Source of the DNA: a virus
Lineage: Duplodnaviria; Caudoviricetes
DNA: 64,000 nucleotides
Virus record (IMG/VR): IMGVR_UViG_3300010167_000010
Coordinates: 224,001 to 288,000 of that record
Strand: one strand, 5' to 3'
Every line of letters starts with the position of its first letter. The stretch's first letter is position 1. The notes beneath the pieces were generated by a model. That model worked only from the letters and a program-made list of their open reading frames with translations, had not been told where the DNA came from and made no database searches. Below are positions 1-8,123 of this stretch, in pieces. Made by a program: the position numbers and the translations under genes.

Positions 1-74
1 TAATTTTAAAGAACTCAGTGGTATGACAAGTTAATTGGAAGACACAAATATTTATTTTGTGTGTACTAATTATT

Positions 75-689
75 ATGAAAAAAACATATAAAAATTCAAG
101 AGAATGGGTTTGCGATGTTTGTGGATTAAAATTTTTTGGTCGTGCAAAATTATTACAACATAAAAAAGAAATTGGTCATAAAAGAAACTTAACTTTTGGT
201 ACCGATATTCCTTTTAAAGGAACTTGTAATTTTTGTGGTTATTTAAGTACATCAAAATATGGTTTAACAAATCATATAAATTGTTGTAAATTAAACCCAA
301 ATAGAAAAGATGGAAATTGGAAAGGAAGAAAACATAAAAAAGAAAGTATTGAAAAAGTAAGATTAGGTTTTGTTAAAAGTGGAAAATGTAAAACAAACTT
401 TAATAAAATTGGATGTAATTATATTGATAAATTAAATAAAGAGAGGGGTTGGAATTTACAACATGCCTTAAAAGGAGGTGAATTCACTATATGTGGATTT
501 TATTTAGATGGTTATGATTGTGAAAAAAATATTGTTTTTGAATATGATGAAGAAAAACATTATTTGAATTATGAAGTTAATTTATTACAAGAGAGAGATA
601 TTAAAAGACAAAATAGAATTATAGAAAAATTAAATTGTGAATTTTGGCGATATAATGAAAAGAAAAATGAATTATATCGTGTAAATTAA
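75..689 (+). CDS. Putative free-standing homing endonuclease (two Zn-finger-like motifs + PD-(D/E)xK/Vsr-like nuclease domain)
   Basis: CDVC..H..H and CNFC..H..C motifs; NUMOD3-like WKGRKH; C-terminal FYLDGYD..IVFEYDEEKH..RDIKRQ. Start moved to ATG 75, which follows CTAATTATT. Lies next to a tRNA gene. Confidence 0.65.
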   Translation: MKKTYKNSREWVCDVCGLKFFGRAKLLQHKKEIGHKRNLTFGTDIPFKGTCNFCGYLSTSKYGLTNHINCCKLNPNRKDGNWKGRKHKKESIEKVRLGFVKSGKCKTNFNKIGCNYIDKLNKERGWNLQHALKGGEFTICGFYLDGYDCEKNIVFEYDEEKHYLNYEVNLLQERDIKRQNRIIEKLNCEFWRYNEKKNELYRVN

Positions 690-695
690 AATTAT

Positions 696-780
696 GGCCG
701 AGTGATGTAATTGGTAGTACATAGCAGACTTAAAATCTGCCGCCCGTAAGGGCGTGAGGGTTCAAGTCCCTCCTCGGCCA
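696..780 (+). tRNA. trnL: tRNA-Leu (anticodon UAA)
   Basis: Acceptor GGCCGAG/CTCGGCC + discriminator A; anticodon stem GCAGA/TCTGC with loop CT-TAA-AA; long variable arm GCCC-GTAA-GGGC; T arm GAGGG-TTCAAGT-CCCTC. CCA not encoded. Confidence 0.96.
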
Positions 781-784
781 ATTT

Positions 785-1018
785 ATGGGATTTAAAGTAG
801 AATTAAAAGGATTTCCAGGAGTTGGATATTATACAATTAGATTAGAAAATGGACTCACCGTTTGTTACTTAGGAGATCCGAAGAATCAAAAAATAGAACT
901 AGTTTGTGAAAATTCGTTTGAAGCTAAAGAATTTTGTACAAAAAAGTTAAAAGAAAAATTAAAAGGATTATTAAAGAAGAACAAATATGCCGATGATAAG
1001 CCCCTCAATAAAATTTGA
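785..1018 (+). CDS. Hypothetical protein
   Basis: 77-aa ORF in a tightly packed + strand run. Confidence 0.6.
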   Translation: MGFKVELKGFPGVGYYTIRLENGLTVCYLGDPKNQKIELVCENSFEAKEFCTKKLKEKLKGLLKKNKYADDKPLNKI

Positions 1019-1229
1019 TGCTGAAAATAATGTAATAATAAGTTCTAATGGAGCTTCTATTTCATTAGACGATCTTAAATTACAGGGTCCAATGGGTATT
1101 CATATTAAAAATGAAAACGGTGAATATGAACTTACTTATGCTTTACATAAAATTAAAGAAATGGAAAGTGAAATTACAAGATTAAAAGCTGAAAATAAAT
1201 ACTTAAAAGAAAATATATTATTTGATTAG
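987..1229 (+). CDS. Hypothetical protein with short coiled coil, ends ILFD
   Basis: 80-aa ORF, operonic overlap. Confidence 0.65.
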   Translation: MPMISPSIKFDAENNVIISSNGASISLDDLKLQGPMGIHIKNENGEYELTYALHKIKEMESEITRLKAENKYLKENILFD

Positions 1230-1239
1230 GAGATACAAT

Positions 1240-2082
1240 ATGTCATCATATTATATAAAAGAAATAACTAAAAATTGGGAAACTGGTCCTTATTATTATC
1301 CAAATAGTATAGAAGAAAAAGATCTTCCACAAGAACAGTGGACTAAAGGATATTGGTGGGATGAAGATATTGGAGAAATTTATTTTGAAAATGATTCACA
1401 AAAAGCAATTTGGATGGCATTACAAGGACAACTTTCAGATGGAAATTGGGAAAACAGAAACGTCGATTGGAGATTTTGGACTCAACTAAAACCAATAATT
1501 GATAAAAATAAATTAGGTTGGAAAGTTAATGGAGATTATATCCCATACGGAGAATGGCCAATAGATATTTACGAATTAGAATGTGTTTGGGATGAATATT
1601 ACGAAGTAGCAAAACATTTTTCTGGAAATACTAATTATGAAAAAGAAAATTTTAATGACGATATAAATCAAGTTGCCAAATCAATGGGCATATCACTACG
1701 ACCTATTGGTTATATTGATCAAACTGTTTCTGATACAATAAAAAAATATGAAGAGATAAAAAATTCAGATTGGTTTGAACAAGCATATAAAAATAAAAGT
1801 ATTTGTCCTAAAGAAGAATTAGATCAAATTCCGATGCGCATCAAACTTCTAATGGAACGATGCGATGCTGGAAAACATGTTTGGAAAGAATATGATGACA
1901 ATCAATGTGTAGATGATTTAAGTTTTGAACCCATTGGTTCAATAACACTTCAAGGTTATATTGGTGGTGTACCACGTAGAAGAGGTTGTGTTATTTGTGG
2001 AAAGATAGAAATTAAAAAAGAAGAATGGGTCGAAAAAACTCATCCAAAAGGAACTATAACTAAAATTATAGTAGGAGAATAA
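1240..2082 (+). CDS. Hypothetical Trp-rich protein with C-terminal C..H / CxxC motif
   Basis: AGGAG SD upstream of ATG 1240 (ORF track starts at TTG 1222). Confidence 0.75.
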   Translation: MSSYYIKEITKNWETGPYYYPNSIEEKDLPQEQWTKGYWWDEDIGEIYFENDSQKAIWMALQGQLSDGNWENRNVDWRFWTQLKPIIDKNKLGWKVNGDYIPYGEWPIDIYELECVWDEYYEVAKHFSGNTNYEKENFNDDINQVAKSMGISLRPIGYIDQTVSDTIKKYEEIKNSDWFEQAYKNKSICPKEELDQIPMRIKLLMERCDAGKHVWKEYDDNQCVDDLSFEPIGSITLQGYIGGVPRRRGCVICGKIEIKKEEWVEKTHPKGTITKIIVGE

Positions 2083-2084
2083 AT

Positions 2085-3284
2085 ATGTCAGATAAAAAAA
2101 TGGCTTACGTCGTTGAAATAAAAGACCTCGAACCAATAGAAGGAAAAGATAGAATTGTTTTAGCTTCATTTACGAATTCAGGTTGGAGAGTTATTGTTCA
2201 GAAGGACCAATTCCAAATTGGAGACAAAGCAATTTATGTTGAAACAGATTCTATTCTTCCAATGTGGGAAGAATTTCAATTTCTAGAAAAGCGATGTTAT
2301 AGTACAAAACGAAAAGGATATCGTATTCGAACTATGAAACTTGGAGATGTATATTCTGAAGGTATTTGTTTTGATTTAAAAGGTTTTTATGGTCCACCAG
2401 GTTCTAAAATAGGTGTTCCAATTGACGCACCTCTTGATAGGGACTTAACTGAAATATTAAAAATACGAAGAATTGAAGATGAAGTTCCTCAAGATCCACC
2501 ACCAACGAAATCTAAATTTCAAAACTTTGTAAATAAATGGCTTTATAGATTATTTAGATTTAAATTTAAGAGATACGGTTTTATTGCTCAAGATTTTCCA
2601 TCTTATTTAATTAAAACAGATGAAACACAAGCACAATCTATTCCACAATTATTTGAAAAAATGAAAGGAAGAGATGTTTATATAACTTTAAAAATGGATG
2701 GTCAGTCTGTAACTATGGCAAATTATAAAGGAGTATTTTCTATATCTACTCGTAACAGAATGATTTATCAAAATAAGATTAAAAAGGCAGCAAGAGTATT
2801 AATTCCTAAATCAGCAGATTATTTTAGACAACATAATGTTCATGCATATCTTGCAGCAAAATACAATATTCCTCTTATTTTAAGTAAATATGATAATGTA
2901 GCAATTCAAGGTGAATGTTGTGGTCCCGGAATACAGAAAAATAGAATTGGATTAAAAGATTACGAATATTATATTTTTAGTTTCTTTGATATTTCTAAAA
3001 GAGAATATTTTAGCGGCCAAAAAATGATGAATTTTTGTTTAGAGAATAAGTTAATTACAGTTCCATTTATTGAAATGAAAACTTTTAATTGGGATTCTAT
3101 AAAAGAATTAGAAGAATATGCTCAAAGAGATTATGCTAGTGGTACTCCAGCTGAAGGTATTGTAATTAGGGGTTATGAACATTATAATGAATATATGCCA
3201 CAACCCCATAATAAGATGCATGCAATGTGTTCACTTAAGATGATTAATCCAAAATTTAAATTAAAATATCAGCAGGACGAATAG
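2085..3284 (+). CDS. ATP-dependent RNA ligase (DRB0094/Rnl2-like, N-terminal tRNA-binding-like domain)
   Basis: N-terminal LEPIEGKDRI..WRVIVQKDQF..YVETDS; nucleotidyltransferase motif I KMDGQS, III IQGECCGPGIQKN, IV AEGIVIR, V SLKMINPKF. Confidence 0.9.
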   Translation: MSDKKMAYVVEIKDLEPIEGKDRIVLASFTNSGWRVIVQKDQFQIGDKAIYVETDSILPMWEEFQFLEKRCYSTKRKGYRIRTMKLGDVYSEGICFDLKGFYGPPGSKIGVPIDAPLDRDLTEILKIRRIEDEVPQDPPPTKSKFQNFVNKWLYRLFRFKFKRYGFIAQDFPSYLIKTDETQAQSIPQLFEKMKGRDVYITLKMDGQSVTMANYKGVFSISTRNRMIYQNKIKKAARVLIPKSADYFRQHNVHAYLAAKYNIPLILSKYDNVAIQGECCGPGIQKNRIGLKDYEYYIFSFFDISKREYFSGQKMMNFCLENKLITVPFIEMKTFNWDSIKELEEYAQRDYASGTPAEGIVIRGYEHYNEYMPQPHNKMHAMCSLKMINPKFKLKYQQDE

Positions 3285-3886
3285 TGGAATATAAATCTAA
3301 TAAAACTATTTATATTCAGAATCATCGTAAACCTAAAGCAGAAAGAAAAGAATTCGACTTTTACGCTACTCATCCAAAAAGTGTAATATCATTTTTGGAT
3401 GAGTTTTTAAAAGGTCATTCAATAAATACAGCTTGGGAACCTGCTTGTGGTAATGGGAATATATCAGAAGTTTTAAAAGAATACGGAATTAATGTTCATT
3501 CAACTGATTTAGTCAATAGAGGGTATGGACATGCATTTTTTGATTTTTTAGAACCGCAATTAGTATCACCCCAAGTTGATGCAATTATAACTAATCCTCC
3601 GTTTATATTAGCAGAACAATTTATTAAGAGAGCAATAGAATTAAAACCGAAACGATTTGTAATAATGTATTTAAAACTTACTTTTTTAGAGGGAAAGAAA
3701 AGATATAAATTATTTCAAAAATATCAACCATCAGAAATTTATGTTCATTCGTCTAGGCAAGGTTGTTCTCCTTTTGGGGAAACAGATTTTCAAAATGGTG
3801 GAAGTGTAGCTTATGCGTGGTATGTTTGGAGAACAGATAGAATGGGCCCAGCTCATCCTTATTTATTTTGGCTTCCTCCAAATTAA
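3284..3886 (+). CDS. DNA amino-methyltransferase (probably N6-adenine)
   Basis: DFYATHP, WEPACGNG (SAM binding), IITNPPF catalytic motif, YAWYVW. Confidence 0.88.
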   Translation: MEYKSNKTIYIQNHRKPKAERKEFDFYATHPKSVISFLDEFLKGHSINTAWEPACGNGNISEVLKEYGINVHSTDLVNRGYGHAFFDFLEPQLVSPQVDAIITNPPFILAEQFIKRAIELKPKRFVIMYLKLTFLEGKKRYKLFQKYQPSEIYVHSSRQGCSPFGETDFQNGGSVAYAWYVWRTDRMGPAHPYLFWLPPN

Positions 3887-4123
3887 ATGAAAAGTTATAA
3901 TGTTAAATTTTCTTTTAAAAATTATCCAATAGATAATTTAAAAGAACCGTATAATAATTTTAAAGGGTGTAATTTTACTAATATATGTATGAATTATAAA
4001 CTTCCGTTTGATGGATTAATAATAGAAGAATCTCTTCTTTGCGTTCATCAAGTTTATTTTTCTAATGATAAATGTGGATTATATTTAGAAAAACCAATTT
4101 TTAAGGAAGAATTATTTGATTAA
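3887..4123 (+). CDS. Hypothetical protein, ends ELFD
   Basis: 78-aa ORF abutting the previous stop codon. Confidence 0.6.
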   Translation: MKSYNVKFSFKNYPIDNLKEPYNNFKGCNFTNICMNYKLPFDGLIIEESLLCVHQVYFSNDKCGLYLEKPIFKEELFD

Positions 4124-4590
4124 AATTTAACGTTTTCACCTAAATAATTTATTTGATTTATGTTTTGAAATGATGCCATTTGATAATAATCTTCATCTAT
4201 TTTTATAATTAAACTTTTATCTTGAAGTTCTTCTGATAATTGAAATATACTTCTTTCACCTAATAAAAAAACGAAATCAAACCAATTTTTCCAAGCTTCT
4301 TTATAGGCATTAATTTCATCTTCTGTAAATGCTTCTTTTAATTTAGCCTTTTTAAAAAAATAATGAATCAAATTAAGATTTACGAAATTGTTATATTTAT
4401 TGATAATTAAATTAAAATCTAAAATGTCTAATCTTTTTTTAGATATTGGAGTCATATCTCCTGTCATTACTGTTTGTGCATCTTGTAATGAAAGACCTAA
4501 ATTTCCTAAAATTTCTAAAGGATCTATATCATTTAACTTTTTTCTTAAAATTTTTGGATCTATACTTTTAGCTATTTTATTAATGTCCAT
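4120..4590 (-). CDS. Hypothetical protein
   Basis: 156-aa ORF preceded by the CTAATTATT-ATG motif. Confidence 0.75.
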   Translation of the reverse strand: MDINKIAKSIDPKILRKKLNDIDPLEILGNLGLSLQDAQTVMTGDMTPISKKRLDILDFNLIINKYNNFVNLNLIHYFFKKAKLKEAFTEDEINAYKEAWKNWFDFVFLLGERSIFQLSEELQDKSLIIKIDEDYYQMASFQNINQINYLGENVKF

Positions 4591-4624
4591 AATAATTAGA
4601 TTTTTTTTAAGTTATTGAAATTTT

Positions 4625-4640
4625 AGTTAATTTATATATA
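4625..4640 (+). promoter_or_regulatory. Representative of motif B (AGTTAATnT, extended -10-like box 6-7 nt before ATG)
   Basis: AGTTAATTTATATATA-ATG; also at 7806, 10271, 12893, 17925, 33334(-), 62646. Confidence 0.6.
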
Positions 4641-5210
4641 ATGGCGCATAGTATATCAGCAGCTACTGGAAAAGGTAAAAAGAATGACGAACTTTATACA
4701 CCGCAAATATTAGTAGAACCAATAAATAAATATCTCCAATTATGGGCTAGAAAATATAAAATATATCCTACTGTATTATGTCCTTTCGATAATAAAAAAT
4801 CAGAGTTTGTTAAATTATTGAAAAATTGGAATGTTAAAGTAAAATATGGTCATATAGAATCTGGACAAGATTTTTTTACTCACGATTACGGTGAATGGGA
4901 CATATGTATAAGTAATCCACCATTTAGTAAAAAATTAGAAGTATTTAAAAAATTAGATGAAATAGGAAAACCTTGGGCAATGATTTGTAATGTTATGATG
5001 TGGAATTATCACGAAATTGTAGATTACTTTATAGATAATGAGCCTGAACTTCTTTTCTTCAATAAAAGAGTAAGTTTTGATGGTAATCCTTCATCTTTTG
5101 GAAGTCATTATATATGCCGAAATTTATTACCAAGAAAGTTAATATGTGAATCATTAGAGAACAATAACGCTGGCAAGTACTTCGTACCCAGTGGAATGTA
5201 TACTAAATAA
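4641..5210 (+). CDS. Second DNA adenine methyltransferase-like protein
   Basis: NDELYTP, LCPFD..SEFVK, GQDFF, ISNPPFS. Confidence 0.85.
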   Translation: MAHSISAATGKGKKNDELYTPQILVEPINKYLQLWARKYKIYPTVLCPFDNKKSEFVKLLKNWNVKVKYGHIESGQDFFTHDYGEWDICISNPPFSKKLEVFKKLDEIGKPWAMICNVMMWNYHEIVDYFIDNEPELLFFNKRVSFDGNPSSFGSHYICRNLLPRKLICESLENNNAGKYFVPSGMYTK

Positions 5211-5227
5211 AATAGGAGAAAAACAGG

Positions 5228-6262
5228 GTGAAGAGATTAGTATTTTTATTATTGGTTATATTTTGTTTATCAAGCTGTAGTAACAGATCAGATAGACTTT
5301 ATATTTTTAACTGGACTTATTATATTCCACAGAGCATTCTAACTCAATTTGAGCAAGAATATGGTATTCGTATTATATACGATGAATATGCAAGTAATGA
5401 AGAAATGTATGCTAAATTAGTTGCCTCACGAAGAGCAACATATGATATAGTATTCCCCTCAGAAGATTATGTAGAAATTATGATGAGAAGCAATATGCTC
5501 TCAAGATTAGATCATTCTAAACTTCCAAATTTAAGATATATAAATCCAAGAATCCAAGCTAAATTAACATTTGATCCAGGAATGAATTATTCAGTTCCAT
5601 ATTTTATGGGAACAGCTGGAATTATTGTTAATACTTTACAAGTACCAGAATTTCCAAGAAGTTGGAGTATTTTTGCTGATACTACTTTAGCTGGTAGAAT
5701 GACGATGCTTGATGATATGAGAGAAACTATGGGTGCCGCTCTAATGTATTTAGGTTATTCAGCAAGCACTAGAAATGCTGCAGAAATAGAGAGAGCAACA
5801 GAACATATCAGAAATGTATGGAGACCTAATTTAGTTCGCTTTGATGCAGAAGCTTTTGGTAAGGCTTATGCAATGGGAGATTTTTGGGTAGTTCATGGTT
5901 ATCCAGAAGTTGTGTTTGAAGAGATTGCAGATAATCCAGAATTATTTTTTAATACTTATTTCTTTATTCCAGAAGAAGGTGGAACATCTTACTTAGACAG
6001 TATGGTAATTTTACGTAATGCTAGAAATAAAGATGCTGCTCATAAATTTATAAATTTTATTCATAGACCAGATATTTATGCACAATTTGTAGATTCGTTT
6101 AATTTTCCAGCAGACTTAAATTTAGGTGCAATAGAATTAAAAGAGGGTTGGGCTATGTTTGAATTAGAAGATATTATTTATAATGAATTAAAATATTGTT
6201 TAGGAGAGTACTTAGATCTATACACCAATGCTTGGTTTAATAGAATACGTCTAGGCCTATAA
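5228..6262 (+). CDS. potD: Spermidine/putrescine ABC transporter substrate-binding lipoprotein
   Basis: Signal peptide with lipobox LSSC; LYIFNWTYYIP, YASNEEMYAKL, YDIVFPSEDY, YSVPYFMGTAGI, MLDDMRE, PEEGG..YLDSMVI, AHKFINFI; AGGAG SD. Confidence 0.92.
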   Translation: MKRLVFLLLVIFCLSSCSNRSDRLYIFNWTYYIPQSILTQFEQEYGIRIIYDEYASNEEMYAKLVASRRATYDIVFPSEDYVEIMMRSNMLSRLDHSKLPNLRYINPRIQAKLTFDPGMNYSVPYFMGTAGIIVNTLQVPEFPRSWSIFADTTLAGRMTMLDDMRETMGAALMYLGYSASTRNAAEIERATEHIRNVWRPNLVRFDAEAFGKAYAMGDFWVVHGYPEVVFEEIADNPELFFNTYFFIPEEGGTSYLDSMVILRNARNKDAAHKFINFIHRPDIYAQFVDSFNFPADLNLGAIELKEGWAMFELEDIIYNELKYCLGEYLDLYTNAWFNRIRLGL

Positions 6263-6732
6263 TGAAAAAGAAAATTGCTACTCGAGTAATAATTCATAAT
6301 CCAATAAAAAATTCTGTTTTGGCTTGTCATCCGACCGGCCGGAAATGGAAAAGTAGAGACGGCGGGATAGCTACCGGAGTATATAATATTCCTGGCGGCG
6401 AGATTGATGAAGGAGAAGATAAACTTGAATGTATAATTCGAGAAGCAAAAGAAGAAACTGATTTAGATTTAAAGAAAAGTAATTTAAAATATTTAGGATT
6501 TTATAAATATTCAGAATATAAAGACTTACACTTTTATTACTATCCAATTGAAGATCTAGAAATATCTAAATTAAAATGCGAATCATATTTTGAAAATCAG
6601 GATGGAAAAATGCTTCCTGAAATAAATGGTTATGAAATGTTTAATTTAGAGTCTGATTTAGAAATGTTTTTTCCCGTCTTACAGAATGTCTTAAAAAAGG
6701 TTATAAAAGATTATCCAGAATTATTTAATTAA
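6262..6732 (+). CDS. NUDIX hydrolase
   Basis: Nudix box GGEIDEGEDKLECIIREAKEETDL. Confidence 0.9.
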   Translation: MKKKIATRVIIHNPIKNSVLACHPTGRKWKSRDGGIATGVYNIPGGEIDEGEDKLECIIREAKEETDLDLKKSNLKYLGFYKYSEYKDLHFYYYPIEDLEISKLKCESYFENQDGKMLPEINGYEMFNLESDLEMFFPVLQNVLKKVIKDYPELFN

Positions 6733-6741
6733 GAGAAATAT

Positions 6742-7806
6742 ATGTTTAATTTTGGCCTGAAGGAGAAAGAAAAAGTGAGCACGAACAGAGTTGTTCAAAA
6801 AACGCATCAGGGGAATTTTAAAAGTCCTCAACCCCAAACACCACCACCAAAACCTAGCAATAGAAAAATATCAGAATCTACTAAAACGTTTTTATCAAAA
6901 CATATGTTTATTGGTTGGATAGGTTTATTTATTTGTTTATGTGTAATTGCAGGATTTATTTTTGTCGGTTATAATATTATTGGAAGTGTCAAACAAGATT
7001 TTATAGAATTAAAATTAGAAACAGATAATCTTGTCGGTACTTGGAAAAATTCATTGGACGATTCGTTCGATTATTATAAATCATTACAGAGAGAAGAGGG
7101 CGCAGCAACAGCATTCAGATTATTCGGCCAAAATGCTATAGAAACATTTTATAGAAATAGACCTCCCTTTGGTAATTCTAGAAGATTGACTAATTCTGAA
7201 ATTGCAACTGTATTAGATTTAATTTGGAATTTATCTCGAAATGATAATTTTGTATTATCTGATCCAACATTAGCTTTAGCTTATATGATTGTAGAATCTG
7301 GTTTTGGCCCGACTGCAGTATCGCATGCGGGCGCGATGGGATTATTTCAATTTATGCCTTTTACAGCTGACGCAATGATGAGAGAATATTTTCCAAATGA
7401 ATATGATGAACGAATGAGAAGAAATATATTACATAATCCTAGAAATAGTATTTTATTTGATCCAGTGTGGTCTACACGATTATTTTTTGCTCATTACGAT
7501 TATTTATTCCGAATACATGATCATGCATTTGGTAATTCTGATTATGCAATAGAATATATCGCTTTAGCTTATAATGGTGGTCCAAATAGAGACACTATGG
7601 TTAGATTCGCTAGAGATAATAGACATCCAGATCAATTTGTTGCAACAGGTTTATGGCGCGGAGATGGAAATTCTTATAGATATGATCGCCTTATAAGACA
7701 GTGGTATGATAGATATAGACATGCTTGGGATGAAAGAAGAGTATCAATGTTAGAAGAATTTAATTATAGAGAAATAGAAATACTTATACTTTTTGATGTA
7801 GAATAA
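6742..7806 (+). CDS. Membrane-anchored lytic transglycosylase (SLT domain)
   Basis: TM helix at about aa 55-80; IVESGF, AGAMGLFQFMPFTA and ALAYNGG SLT motifs. Confidence 0.88.
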   Translation: MFNFGLKEKEKVSTNRVVQKTHQGNFKSPQPQTPPPKPSNRKISESTKTFLSKHMFIGWIGLFICLCVIAGFIFVGYNIIGSVKQDFIELKLETDNLVGTWKNSLDDSFDYYKSLQREEGAATAFRLFGQNAIETFYRNRPPFGNSRRLTNSEIATVLDLIWNLSRNDNFVLSDPTLALAYMIVESGFGPTAVSHAGAMGLFQFMPFTADAMMREYFPNEYDERMRRNILHNPRNSILFDPVWSTRLFFAHYDYLFRIHDHAFGNSDYAIEYIALAYNGGPNRDTMVRFARDNRHPDQFVATGLWRGDGNSYRYDRLIRQWYDRYRHAWDERRVSMLEEFNYREIEILILFDVE

Positions 7807-7820
7807 GTTAATTTATATTT

Positions 7821-8123
7821 ATGAGATTAGAAGGAATATGGAATATAGAATATGTTCAAAAATTAGGCATTCTGGATCATTGTAATGAAATTAAAGTTAT
7901 TAATGATGAAATTATAAAAGCAAAAAATGGAGTCGGTACACCTCTTTTGATAAAAGAATTAAATGAATCTTTTGAAAAAGAGTGTATGGATTTATTATTA
8001 ATTTTATCTACTCATTTTGGGGTATGTCAACATATTACTTATAATATGGATAAAACTACCCCCCATAGAAATTTACTTGATGATAGATTAAAAAAATTCA
8101 AAGAAAAGGCCCTTAATGATTAA
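7821..8123 (+). CDS. Hypothetical protein
   Basis: 100-aa ORF preceded by the AGTTAATTT motif. Confidence 0.7.
   Translation: MRLEGIWNIEYVQKLGILDHCNEIKVINDEIIKAKNGVGTPLLIKELNESFEKECMDLLLILSTHFGVCQHITYNMDKTTPHRNLLDDRLKKFKEKALND

Noticed and set aside
1939-4618. ORFs 1939..2169(-) and 4388..4618(+)
   Set aside because: Largely antisense to better-supported genes, with shadow-like composition.
3284-5210. Restriction-modification system
   Set aside because: Two orphan MTases with no recognisable adjacent restriction endonuclease; more simply anti-restriction methylases.
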